The notes beneath the pieces were generated by a model that was not told the origin of the DNA, ran no database searches, and saw only the letters and a program-made list of their open reading frames with translations. 64,000 nucleotides of DNA from Amoebidium appalachense. Lineage: Eukaryota > Protista > Ichthyosporea. Within the stretch, counting starts at the first letter, position 1. Each line of letters starts with the position of its first letter. Shown in pieces: positions 39,669 through 62,751 of the stretch. A program made the position numbers and the translations under genes. The stretch spans positions 5,902,889 to 5,966,888 of the forward strand of contig CAVNZM010000012.1 in assembly GCA_963693365.1 (NCBI GenBank). The letters are read 5' to 3'.

Positions 39669-40214
39669 ATGCGTCCCGTCTACATCGTCTCACTCGGCCT
39701 TTTGGCCGTGGCGGCTCCCTCCCTTGCGCAAGACTTCGAAGAAGTACCCTTGGAGGAGGGGCTTGACGTTGCCGCAGCTCCACCCCGGGTTGTGAGTGCG
39801 CCCGTAGCAGCCCAAGTTGCGCCTGTAGTTGTAGCGCCCGCCCCCGTTGTTGACGCGCCTGTGGTCGATTCTGGAAGCGATGTCCCTGTTGATGATGATT
39901 TCGTGGACATTGTGGCCCCTCCCCCCCCCCTCCCCCCTCCCCCTCCCCCACGCAAAGTTGCACCCGCACGGAAGCCTGCGGTTATTCCTGGGCGCAAACC
40001 CGTAGGAACTGTTGTAGGGGTCAAGACGCATGATAGCAATGAGAAGCCCCCTGCGGACACGAAGCTATGGAAGGATACCAATGACGGACACTGGCGCACA
40101 TGGGGATGGAACGCGGAGAAGGTGCAGGCCGGCAAGGACTGGTGGAAGAGCTGGTGGGACAACGCGTCAAACAACTGGTGGCAGCGCTGGGGCTACACCA
40201 AGAAGGGTTGGTGA
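39669..40214 (+). CDS. Intronless orphan secreted protein (181 aa): signal peptide, acidic Val/Ala/Pro linker, poly-Pro, Trp-rich basic C-terminal domain
   Basis: ATG in ACCATG context, signal-like MRPVYIVSLGLLAVAAPSLA|QD, continuous GC-rich ORF, C-terminus LWKDTNDGHWRTWGWNAEKVQAGKDWWKSWWDNASNNWWQRWGYTKKGW*, followed by AT-rich 3' sequence. Confidence 0.8.
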   Translation: MRPVYIVSLGLLAVAAPSLAQDFEEVPLEEGLDVAAAPPRVVSAPVAAQVAPVVVAPAPVVDAPVVDSGSDVPVDDDFVDIVAPPPPLPPPPPPRKVAPARKPAVIPGRKPVGTVVGVKTHDSNEKPPADTKLWKDTNDGHWRTWGWNAEKVQAGKDWWKSWWDNASNNWWQRWGYTKKGW

Positions 40215-41160
40215 AATAGTGATTGATTAGCAAGCAGTTGTGGTTGAAAAGTTATGTGGCTAGAAGATAAATCAGAAGTTATTGTTAAGCAATATTAGGA
40301 TATTAGGATATTATGATTAGGCTTGGGCACTGCCGGAAAGTGCCTGGTTTTTACACTATCATATAGAAAATGTTCGTCAAAACGTCCTTCCTCGAAATTT
40401 GAACTGCCGGTTTACCACTGGGTTTCACTTGTATGCCAAGAGTATGTGCAAATTCATTAATATACATTAAAAAATATAAAAAAACATGCAAAGTCTCTCG
40501 ACCCACTGTGCTATATGATAGCTCCCACTGTGTGAGAAGAGAAGTCCATTCAACCACCTGCCCCAGACTCTTCTAAGAACCTCGAGGCACTTCACAGGCA
40601 CCGTTGAACAGCCCCAGCAACGGCAAACCCGGGGGCAGGGGCCCCACAAGGGCACACACATACACAAGACTTAGCCGTTAAGTGTTTTCACCCCAAACAG
40701 ACAGCGGTTGGTGCAGGGGTGTCACGGTGAACGAACATTACACCTTACACGGATTGGTTGACTCCTTTGTGTGAGGCATCAGCGGCTCGGTGCAAAGCAG
40801 CTGCTTGTAAGCACAGGTTGTCACAGTGAACACATGTTTCTGAGCGGGTTACCGTCTGGGGGGCTGTTGCACTTGAGTGAGGGGCGGAGTCGTGGGATGT
40901 ACGATGTACGGAAGAGAGGAACGGGAGAAGAAGCTATGGGGGGGTGAAGGGGAGGGAGGGGGGGGGGGGGGGGGGGGGGGCAGTATCAACTGTGGCTTGC
41001 ACAGTAGTACTCCAAGCTGAACAATATAAAGGTGCCAGTTGCGTTTTTTTGTGTTTTCGTTTTATAATTTATTTGTGTCAGGTGTTCTTCTTGATTATTC
41101 ATGATGGATGTGCGTGCACGTCTGGCTCCGAGTGGTGTGGAATATAGTGAGTGAGGCCTA

Positions 41161-41260
41161 GCATGCGTAGTGGTTGCTGATGCACATACTCCTGTACATG
41201 TTGCACGTCTGCATGCGTAGTGGTTGCTGATGCACATACTCCTGTACATGTTGCACGTCT
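41161..41260 (+). repeat. Perfect 50-bp tandem duplication
   Basis: GCATGCGTAGTGGTTGCTGATGCACATACTCCTGTACATGTTGCACGTCT x2. Confidence 0.9.
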
Positions 41261-41603
41261 GAAGTATTTGGCTTCAACTGTCACGGTCAAAAAATTAAAT
41301 GCATGTGCATATGGCATAGCCGACACAACTTGCAATTGGTGCACAGCTGGAACTATGAATTCGCCCATCTTCCAGCTGAAGTATGTTAATAAATATCAGG
41401 TTTTAGGGCCCCTAGATCTCTGTACATGTGCCTTGTTCAGGTACAAGTTGTCCGGTCAGCCATCATCCCCGGGGGACACTGCGCACACATCGGTGAGTCG
41501 AAGTGTGTGCCTTGCCAGTTGTACGTGCCTACACTTGGTTATGTTATCATTTCTAGCCACCAAAGATCACGAAAGAGTATACACGCGCAGTTTGCATAGG
41601 CAT

Positions 41604-41633
41604 CAAGGCCTCCTAGATACAACGGAGGCCATG
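41604..41633. mobile_element. 30-bp P-element remnant or excision footprint with 8-bp TSD (related subfamily)
   Basis: ATAGGCAT(41596-603) | CAAGGCCTCCTAGATAC AACGGAGGCCATG | ATAGGCAT(41634-41). The left 17 nt match the TIR at 10363 at 15/17 positions. Confidence 0.8.
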
Positions 41634-42416
41634 ATAGGCATGCAGCGCTTATATGTGCTTGGCTATGGGACTATACAGTCAGCGTTATCCAGTTAATACT
41701 TTACTTGTGGCCAAAAGTCTTGTGGCATGGCCATCCGTCTAGTGATCACAGTATTTCATGTTGCCCTATGAGTGCGGCTGTCAAGGCATCGTGCGCAAGG
41801 ATGCACACCCGCATTCACGCACTGCCAGACTGCAGCCTTAGGCTAGCTGCATGATCCTTTACGAATTCAAGGCACTGCATATGGCCGGCCATAAAGCACG
41901 TAAGGCACTATAACCTACATTTCCCGTGACATATGTACATGCGTGTGTGCACTTGCACGTCACCATTGATATCCTCCAGACTATAAACACTAATCCAGAT
42001 CTAGACGTCGCACATCTACACGTGCAAGCGGCCTGAATGTAAATTTGTGAACTGGCCGGGCCGCAAATCATGCACCTGGCGCCAGAACTTTTGTGGACCA
42101 TGCATGTGCTATATTCCTACCCCCCCACCCCCCTCCCCCTCTTTTTTTTTTTTTTTTTAAAAAAAAAATAAAAACTATAGCTAAATCAATATTGGGCTCC
42201 ATTCAAGTTTCGATGCAGGGCTACGTACAAACACACTTCCAGACAACATCGGTGAACAAAGGGAAGAATGAAATTAGTCTTAGTTATATAGAGCGTGCCT
42301 CAGGACTGAGGTTGCCATTACGGTTGCGTATGTGCTCAGTCGCATGTACGTGTGTGTGTACTCAATGGTGGTCGTAGTGGTGGTGGTGTGTGCGTGTGAT
42401 TATGTGTGTGTGTTTT

Positions 42417-42473
<57 letters not shown>

Positions 42474-42634
42474 TGGGACCAAAGTCATGCACAAGAGCAA
42501 TAAACTATATTTACTTTATTGGGCAGAACACCCAAGACCCCCGCCACATAGCGTCTCCACGAGGGCATATAGAGCTGCAACCAGTGACAGCCCAGTTCAT
42601 AGCGTTTCAAGCAGCACACACAAAGGGTCTATGT

Positions 42635-52721
<10,087 letters not shown>

Positions 52722-53599
52722 GAGCACACCTATCCACACACACGATACAAGCAAAGCCAAGATCAAACCACCACTAAAATCCGCACCTACTCTGAGCTTA
52801 AACAGCCCCCTTTCTCTTTCAGAGACTAGTAGTGCCCTTGGGCTCCTTCGAAGGTCTCATAAGCTTTGCACACCACCTCAAGGTCTTGGAGCGGCCTCCT
52901 TGCAAGCTGACGTTCCCACAGTTACCGTTCCGATCCCCCTCCTTCCCCCTCCACCCCCCAGATTAAAAGTCCACGTATTTTCTCACACATGAAGCTCTCT
53001 TACCCTGTCCCCCCTCCCCTGGTCCGACGTCCTTGTGATGCGTCCGTTGCACCTTCGACTAGTCAGTATCTATGCTTCATTGCAATAAAATCTTTATTTG
53101 ACTCTCATTACTAAACCCAATCCTGCACACCCATGGCCAGCACGGGAACTATGTGCGTGCCCCCCCTCGTTTGCGTGTCTGGTGTCAGAGGGGCCTTACC
53201 ACGGGGGCCCGGAGGGCGGACGAAGCGACCTTCAACATCTTCGCTAAAAGATAAAAAGAGGCGAGCCTGTGGGCACCCACACCGTTACGTTAGCCTTGGC
53301 CCATATACAAGGTGGCAGCTCCCAGCAACCCTATATTCAAGTCGGAGTCAACAATAACTACAGCCTTTTATTTACTTACAACACTACCCAGAAACCTCAG
53401 CAACGATCAACATCTTGACAAAGGTTCCTCGCCGTACTAAATGGTAATGGTAAACAAGAGTCCTCCTCCAAATTCCCTTTACTGATTTCATCATCACAGT
53501 TGGAACTTCGAAAGCTCCCTCATCACCCTATTAGCCACTTCCTCCGCTTGACTGACAGCACAGCTACACCGAGAGCTCAGCCGTAAAGTGTCATGATAC

Positions 53600-54631
53600 A
53601 GCACTTCCAAACTGTGTCTGTATACAAAACAATACAACCCCTTTCTCGATTGATGGCCAATCGCATTACCTCAGAAGTAGAAGCGAATGATCAGTCTTTG
53701 GGTGGGGCTGTGTGCCTGCCTTACGTGGGCCGGGAGAAATGGGGCCGCTCAAAAACGCGACGGGACACCACACCGCGGCCAGGCCAGATCCAAAAAAAAA
53801 CATAGACTGCCTAATTTAGTATGTGTTTAACCTTACGTAAGGCCCTGGCCAATCAAAGCGCGGTTCACGTGCTCGCTTAAATTATAAGTTTCCTTTCGAA
53901 TGTGCCATATAGCTCATCAATATTGATATCTTTTGTAAAACATTTTGATGTCAATACTTCTGTATTTCCTATTTTTGCGGGTGAAATGGGCTGTTTTCTT
54001 TGCTTCGGCTAAGGATCTCGCTTGTATATTTTTATGTTCATGGCATCATGCTGAACCTTGATGGCACGCCAATCAAGAGGCTCTAGATTTGTGATTGGAA
54101 GGTGAAAATATGTGCATCCAATCAGATGCAACCTGGGCACATGCCGTCCGCCGGATCCGATCTCTGGCTGGCAGACAAAGATCTGGCCGTGCTCAATTGC
54201 AACGCTATTATACTTCCCTGCTTGGCCCTTTTTCATGTCAATTTTAATATAAACAAACTACCTATATATAAAAAACGTTCATGAACTGGGGCCCGGGGCT
54301 TCTGTTTCGGGCTGCCGCTATCATATGTATGACATACATATGGGTCGCCACTGGTACCTGGTCTCAGATCGGACGGCGACCATCGCGCGATGACGTCATT
54401 CAGACGCAACAAACGGATGCACCAATCACGTGAGTCTTGATTTACTATATTTGAAAAATATCAGATTAGAATTCATATGATTTGCTTTCGTTCGTTTTGG
54501 CGGGAAAATAAATCTTTGTTCGAAGTGCGTGAACTTCCCCAAAGCGGCACCAACATACGGACTTGTTAGCTATAGAATTGTGGACCTCTCTTTTTCTCGC
54601 AAGGCTTTTTCCCGCTCCTGCTCTCTCTTTA

Positions 54632-54666
<35 letters not shown>

Positions 54667-54858
54667 GTCTCTCTCTCTCTGTCTCTCTTTCTCTCTGTCG
54701 TTCTTTCCCTCTCTCTCTCTCTCCCCGTCCCCTCCCCCCCCCCCCCCCCCCCCCCCCCCCCGCCCCACGCGCTCTCTGCCCCTCCACACACACACTCTCT
54801 CTCCCGTTTCCCCACTCTTCTCTTTACTCTCTTCGCCAGCCTAGCTGCATACTGCACC
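53600..54858. promoter_or_regulatory. Probable shared divergent promoter region of DLD and the SCCPDH-like gene
   Basis: Several CCAATC/GATTGG boxes (~53658, 53849, 54069, 54093, 54118, 54422), CRE ATGACGTCAT at 54390-54399, and an E-box CACGTG next to CCAAT at ~54427. Confidence 0.55.
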
Positions 54859-55499
54859 ATGTCGCAAGGGCGGCCTTACCAACTGGCTGTGTTTGGGGCG
54901 TCAGGTAAGGGCTAGAAAGGCAGGTTAGTTCGACCCATGGTGGCGATGATATAATGCTCGGTTGATCATGTTGCTGGACAGTTCACGGGTTCCCCCATTT
55001 CCTTTATGTGGCGCACGGTAATTGCTTGCCCTTTGGGCCTGCTAGCGTCTATGTTTGAACCTTATTGACTTTCTAGCTGCCTTAATGGGGAGCGAATGTC
55101 GCAAATCCACACCCCCTTCTTGTTTACTTGACCACATAACTCTCACATTATGTGATAAGGCTCCCTTGACCACATAACTCTCACATTATGTGATAAGGCT
55201 CCCTGAAAAGAATGCTATTCCTTTGCCATCTTCACATTGTGAACCCATAATTCGGTGCTGTCGGGTTTCATCCTTCTTCCCACTCCGTGGCCCTGTCCCA
55301 CTACGACATCTTCCCACACTTCCAATCTTGAAAACTTTATTTACTTCGTACTGGACCACATCCCTGAAGGTAAATGAGTCCTTTCCCCGCTACTTCTCTA
55401 AATCCATGATTTCCACCTTACAGTCGTCGTCCCCTCCTCTCTCCCCCTCCTCCCTCCCCCCCCTCCCCTCCCCCTCCACTACCATCACCCCACCACCAT

Positions 55500-55575
<76 letters not shown>

Positions 55576-55644
55576 CACGCACACACACACACACACATGC
55601 ACGCACACACACACACACACACACACAGACACACATACACAACA

Positions 55645-55682
<38 letters not shown>

Positions 55683-55683
55683 A

Positions 55684-55749
<66 letters not shown>

Positions 55750-56060
55750 CACACACGCACATACACACACCGTATTTCTCCCCCTCTCCCCGCCCCCCCA
55801 CCCCCCTTCCCAGGGTTCACCGGGGTGCTTGTTGTGGAAGAGCTAGTCAAGTATCTGCGCAGTTCGGGCAAACAGCTGGCCTGGGCCGTGGCTGGAAGGA
55901 GCGAGTCCAAATTGAAGGGTACGTACGTGGAGGGATGAGTGCATGTTAGACACAGCTATATTCGCTAATGACCGTGCAAAGAGGGTCGGATGTGCTTATT
56001 GTGGGTGTATGGATCTGTCTGCGTGGTGTGATGCTGGTGGTGAATATGGCGGCACTGTGT

Positions 56061-56091
<31 letters not shown>

Positions 56092-56102
56092 GCGCGCGCG
56101 CA

Positions 56103-56140
<38 letters not shown>

Positions 56141-57352
56141 CGTTTATGTTCTTACACGTGTGTGTCTGTGTGTGTGTGTGCGTGGTGCTGGTAGTGGTGG
56201 TGTGTGTGTGTGCATACACACACTATGTGTGTATGTGCCTGTGCTTGTGTGTGTGCATGGCTATGGTGGTGTTTGGTCGTTAAGGTTTATGTGTGTAGGT
56301 ATTGTTGGGGGGAGGGGGGGGGGGGGGGGGGAGGGGGGAGTGGGAGGGGAAGGTGGGGGGGTGGGGGGGGGGGGGGGTGGGCGGTGAAAGAAGGGGGGGG
56401 GGAACACGGTGGAGGGAGGGAATGTGTGAACGGTTGGTTAATCACAGGTGTGGTGGTTGACCGCAAAACACATGGAGTCCACGTAGGGATGATAGAGGAG
56501 GGTGCAAAGGAAAAGAGGATGTGCATGCTGCTGGGACATAAAGATGGGGCAGGGTCGGGGGAGGGAAAGGGGGGAGGGGAGAGGGGGCGGGCCGGGCGGG
56601 GGGGGGGGGGGGGGGGGGGAGGAGGAATATGGAAAGGGGGTCGGGGTGAGGAGAGATGGGTGCATATTTTTGTTCGGGGAAAGGGGGGAGGGGGGCGGGG
56701 GGGGAGGGGGGAAGGGGGGGGGGGTTGATGTGGTAACACGAGGTGTTTTCACGATTTATGGTGTGTTGGTGGTGAGTTTGAGAGTTGAGAGAAAACTCAG
56801 AACAGGAAAGGATTTTCTACGGAGAATTGTAGCGCCCAAGGGGGGGGGGGGGGGGGGGGGGGGGAGGAAGAGGGTGGGGTGGGCAAGACAGAGACGGTGT
56901 GTTTGATACCCCGTGCTGAGGAGCCCCCTTGCAAAGAATTAATTACGAGCTTTGCTGACTGTTAATTTCCCCCCCCCCCCTTTTTTTTTCATTTATTTTG
57001 CTTCATTTTTTATCCACTTATCCCACGTGCTTTTCTCCACCGCAGCTGCCCTCACGGATGTAGCTCACCGGCTTGGAGATGCCACCGTCAAAGACACCCC
57101 CATCCTCATTGCCGATGGTATATATGCCCCCCCCCCCCCCCCCCCCTCCCCCTCAGGTACCGCCTCGCCCCACCCTCCTCCTATCCCCTTTTGCCCTCTG
57201 GTTGGGAGGGGGGAGGCCCCCCTGGGGGGGGGGGGGGGGGTCCACCCCCTTTTGCCAAGTGCACACCCACCCGGCACACACACCCCTCTCCCCTGTGGTT
57301 TCCACCCCTCTGTATTCAACCCCTCCTCCTTTCCATACTCCTGCACTAACGT

Positions 57353-57417
<65 letters not shown>

Positions 57418-58960
57418 GCAGTCAAGGACACCAAGAGCATGGCCGACCTCTGCAAACAGGTCTCCGTCATTCTCAACGTGACCGGCCCGGTATTTACTCT
57501 CCCCTTCCCCATCCACCCCCCCCCCTCTCCCCCCTCCCCTTTCCTTCATTCTTAAAAGACAGACACACATACACCCCCCCACACACGCATGCACGCGTGC
57601 ACACACACAAACAAATACACAGTCGCGTGCACACACTCACACAACACACCAGCCAATCTCTCACTTTGTTTGGGAAGAGAGGTGGGTGGATGGATGGATG
57701 GGGGGGAGGGAGGTGGTGGAAAGGGGTTGGGGGGGGGGGGGGAGGAGGGGGGGGGATTTATGTGGTATGGTAAGCCCTTACATGTGTGATAAATATTGAT
57801 ATTAGTCCCTTTTGTGCATCTGGGTCTCTGGTCGAATGCGATGGATTAACAAATATTGTTTTTTCTGGGGGTTTCATTGGTGGGGCTAGTGGGCAGGCGC
57901 GAGGGGGGGGGGGGGGGGGGAGGGGGGGGGGGAGAGAGGGAGAGAGAGAGAGAGAGAGAGAAAAGACCTCCCCCGCCCTCCCCGCGCCCCCTCCCCTCCC
58001 CCGCCACACACCACCACCACAGCCACCACTGCTAGTATTGAATAATGATGATGGTGATGATAAAATGCTGAGAGTATTACTGATAACGATATTTATGGTA
58101 GCAGTATAAGTAGCAAAAAAACAATAATAGTCACATAGATATTATAACAGCAATGATAAATACCACAGCCACTGCCCCTGGTTCCGCCCTCTCACATCTT
58201 GACACTGTAACAACAGTACAGGTTTTTCGGGGAGCCGGTGGTGAAAGCCTGCATGGAGAACGGGCATGTGTCCCCCCCCCCCCCCCCCCCCCTTCTCCCT
58301 CCTCCTCCCCCACGTTCTCTGTATCTGTTGCGTGTTAATGGACTTTGAAAGGGGGGGGGGGGGGGGGGGGGTATTAGCGCTTTCGAGATGAGGAAAGGAC
58401 AGGGAACCAGGAAGGCAAAGACTGGTGTTTGTGCCATGTCAAATATACCAAGTAGGCACCCTCAGACGTGTGCTCTCTCCTCGTCCACCACCCCTTTCGG
58501 CTCATTTTCCACCCGCCTTTGGTTTCTCTTTCTCTCTTTCTTTCTCCCCCTCCCTCCCAACACTAAACCACCACGCCCCCCTCCTCTCCCTCCTTCCCCC
58601 CCCCCCCCCCTCCCCTCCCCCCCCCCCTCCTCCCGTTTTGGTTGTAATTTGCTTTGGGACCTCGTTCCGCTAGCCACTGATTCGTTCCACCCACCAGACC
58701 CACAACCCCACCATCCCCCTCCACACACACACACGGGCGCGCGAGCATGCGCACACCACGGCAACCAAAAAGAGGAGGGGGGGGGGGGGGAGGGAGGAAA
58801 GATGTCCTTTTGAGAGGTGTGTTTGTGTGTGTGTGGGGGGGGGGGGGGGGGGGGGGGGGGGATGTGTGTTTGAGGGCGGGGGACAGGGGGAAGGTAAAAT
58901 CAAGAGGAAACCCAACTTTTCTATTATCACTTTCGTCGGATGTTCATTCTCACCCCCCTC

Positions 58961-59001
<41 letters not shown>

Positions 59002-60038
59002 CCTCCCCGTGCAGAGCGGACTATCTTGACATCACCGGTGAGCCGGAGTTTATTGAGCGCATGATTTTAAAATACGCGCAGGCAGCAAGAGCCAATGGGG
59101 TGGTTGCAGTAACCACGTGCGGGTTCGACTCTGTGCCGTGCGACCTTGGGGTGGAATACACACTGGGCCAGTTTCCAGATAGGAGCTTGGTGGGTGTGCT
59201 TTTTTTTTTTTTTTTTTTTTTTTTGTTGTTGTTAGGGGTGGGGGGGGAGGGGTTTGAGGCATGCGTACATGGGTGTGGGTGTGATGGTGGGTGTTTGGGT
59301 GGGTGTGGTGTTGGTGTGTGTTGGTCAATCCATACATGTGAGGTGTGGGTGCATTTGGAGTCATGCATATGCGGGTGGCTGTGTCGATGAGATTGTGTAA
59401 GGAGCTGCTGGCGTGCGGGTGTGTCGGTCTGTGCGTTTGCGTGTGTAGGTGTGTTGTGGTGTTAGTCATGCAGACGCGGGTGGTGTGGGGGCAGAGTATT
59501 CGTGTGCTTTAGTGTGTGTGTGCACATGTGAGCGGGGTGGAGGTGTGCTTTTGGTGCGCATGAAATGGGGAGAGGGCAGAGGGGCCGGGGAGAGGGGGAG
59601 GCACATGGGTTGTGTGAGATCGACGGGCGTGAGGAAGGGAGGGGGTGTTTGGGGGGGGGGGGGGGGGGGTTGCCCAGTACGGTATACTTCTTGTGGATGG
59701 GTGACCTATGAGCTTGTGTGTGTGCCTTTGAGTCTCTGATGCAATGGTAGGGTAGGTTTGGGTTGGGGGTAAAAGGCCCTGAGGGAGAGAGGGAGGGGGG
59801 GGGAAGGGGGGGGGGGGGGGGGGGGGAGGGGTAGCTGTAGGTGTTGTCTCAACCTGAAGTATGGGCTCTTCCTTGCTGTTTTTTTCCTGTGTGGCCACCG
59901 TATGAGACCTGCCTTCAGTTATGCACGTTCCTAACACAACCGCCGCCCCTTGTCCTTTTTTGCTCCCTTCACCTATCGCCACCAATGCCCACACACTCCC
60001 TCGAATCCGCTCCCTTCGACCTCAGCTGATCGCGTGCA

Positions 60039-60081
<43 letters not shown>

Positions 60082-60708
60082 CAGCAGTGTTGAGAGCTAC
60101 CTCTCTCTGCACTCCGAGAATGGCCTAAAGGGCCACTACGCAACGTTTGAGAGTGCCGTGCATGGTTTCGGCAACCAGGTATGCACCTTGGGGGGGGGGG
60201 GGGGGGGGGGGGAGGGAGGGGGGGGGGGGGGGGGGGGGAGGGGGGGGGGGGGGACAGGAGATTAGAAAGAGGCTGTGATTGATTGATTTGGGAACAAAAT
60301 GGGCACCAAAACGCAAACTTCCCAGGACCCGAGCTTCCCCACCTTCCCCTCTTCCCCCCCCCCCCCCCCCCCCCCCCCCCCACCCACCCACACACACACA
60401 CACACACTTCATCCCTCCCCTCCTTCCCCCCCCCCCCCCCCCCCCCCGCCCCGGCCTCCTCCTCCCGTTCCCCCTCATCCACCTCTCCCCATCTTCTCTC
60501 ATGCGATACACTTGCGCAGCCCCTTCCCCCCCTCCCCCGACGTCCCCATTCTGCCTTGCCTGGAAACCCACATATTAACCCTGGTGGGACATTCATTCAT
60601 CCATGTATATTTTCTGTGGTGCACACACAAACACTGATCCACTCCTTCCCCCCTCCCCCCAAACAAACCACACACACACACTGATCCTCCCCCCTCCCCC
60701 CAAAAAAA

Positions 60709-60763
<55 letters not shown>

Positions 60764-60857
60764 CCGAGCTCTCGAAGATACGCAAGGAGTTGGCGCAGAG
60801 AGAGGCTGCCCAGGGTTGGCTACCCCGCCTCCCCATTGTATGTCATCTTGTAACCCC

Positions 60858-60919
<62 letters not shown>

Positions 60920-62300
60920 ACCCCCCCCCAGCTCATCCCCAAAAGAAAACCCAAATCCCCAACCCCAACCCACCTCTCTCCCCCTCGTTCTCACATTCAC
61001 CTCTTCCTCCTCCCTAACCCTCCCTAACCCTCCCCTGTTCACCCGCGTGCCCCCCTCCCCCCCCCCCCCCCCCCCCTCTCCCCCCAACTTGCCTGGCCTT
61101 GTTGGCACAAAAGACCAACGGAATGTCATGTGGAAAGGGGGGGGGGGGGGGGGGGTCTTTTCCCTGTGATGGTTGTTGTGTGTGTGAGGTGGTTTGAAAA
61201 AATGGGTACGGGATGAGGTCGGGAAGGTGGTGGGATGGGTGTTAAGGGGGAGAAGGGGGGGGGGGGGTTGTCCACGTGCAAAACGAAATGCTGTCGTGTT
61301 GGGGGGAGGGGAAAATGGGGGGGACACGACTGCATGTGCATGTGTGTGTGTGTGTGTGCCTGCTGGTTGGTGCATGGGGATTCCTATGGCTGTGTGTGTG
61401 CCTGCTGGTTGGTGCACGGGGATTCCCATGGCTGTGTGTGTGCCTGCTGGTTGGTGCATGGGGATTCCCATGGCTGTGTGTGTGCCTGCTGGTTGGTGCA
61501 TGGGGATCCTCATGGCTGTGTGTGTGCCTGCTGGTTGGTGCATGGGGATTCCCATGGCTGTGTGTGTGCCTGCTGGTTGGTGCATGGGGATTCCCATGGC
61601 TGTGTGTGTGCCTGCTGGTTGGTGCATGGGGATTCCCATGGCTGTGTGTGTGCCTGCTGGTTGGTGCATGGGGATTCCCATGGCTGTGTGTGTGCCTGCT
61701 GGTTGGTGCATGGGGATTCCCATGGCTGTGTGTGTGCCTGCTGGTTGGTGCATGGGGATTCCCATGGCTGTGTGTGTGCCTGTGCCTATACCCGCATGTT
61801 TGCATTCAGCCCTGCTTCATTTCATTCAGTTCATTCCTTGCCGTATGGCCCAAGAAACAGTCCGTCAAAAGCAACAAGTGAAGGGGTATTTGTCATTGCA
61901 GACTTGCCCGGCTGTTGGTAGTGTCTCTGATTGCATGGCGTTCTATATCAACTATCCACTCGTTTTTCACTGTGTGCGCTGCGCCTTTTGTTGTTCTGTC
62001 TAATTGGTTAGTGTGTTCTAACCCTCCTCAACCCTCCTCATTACACACACCCACATCTCCCACGCATGCACACACGCACACATACTCTTACGCGCGCACA
62101 CAGAGACACACACACTCTCTCTCTCTCTCTCCCCCTCTCTTCTCTCTCTCTCTCTCTCTTTCTCGCACACACACACGTACACACGTACACGTACAGCTGG
62201 GGCCCAAACTGCGCATGACTTCGGGGCCCGTGCTTCAGCCACAGCTCCAAAAGTGGATCCTTCCCTTCCCTGGTGCCGACGCCACTGTGGTAAGCCCCCC

Positions 62301-62346
<46 letters not shown>

Positions 62347-62707
62347 CCCGCCCTGCCCCCCGCCGCCTGCCCGCCTGCCCGGTGGCGGGGAATTATTCCT
62401 CCTTTTCAGCTCAATTTCTGCTCTTGCACTTACTATATCGTTGATCTGTTGGTGTGTATGCCTTCGGCATTTTTTGGGTTTGTTTTTTCCCTTGTTCTGT
62501 AACTCTGTCTTCCAGTGCTTTTCTTGTTTGGTTCCATAATACTGTGATTGTTGTTATCATGATCAATATTGCTTGGGGTGAGAGAGTTATCGCCATCAGA
62601 TTCTCGAGTTTTTTCTTCTGAATGTTGCTTTTGCGCTCTTTAGGTTGGCTAAAGGGCAGTGACGCTTTGCCGAGAACAAGGGTTTTGTCAGCTTTTTTTT
62701 TTTTTTT

Positions 62708-62751
<44 letters not shown>

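Noticed and set aside
40500-41560. Scattered exon-like segments between the W-rich gene and DLD
   Set aside because: They could not be joined into a coherent reading frame or a recognisable protein.
60593-61765. 390-aa ORF with MGIPMHQPAGTHTA repeats
   Set aside because: Antisense translation of the 42-bp intronic minisatellite, which is open in several frames on both strands.
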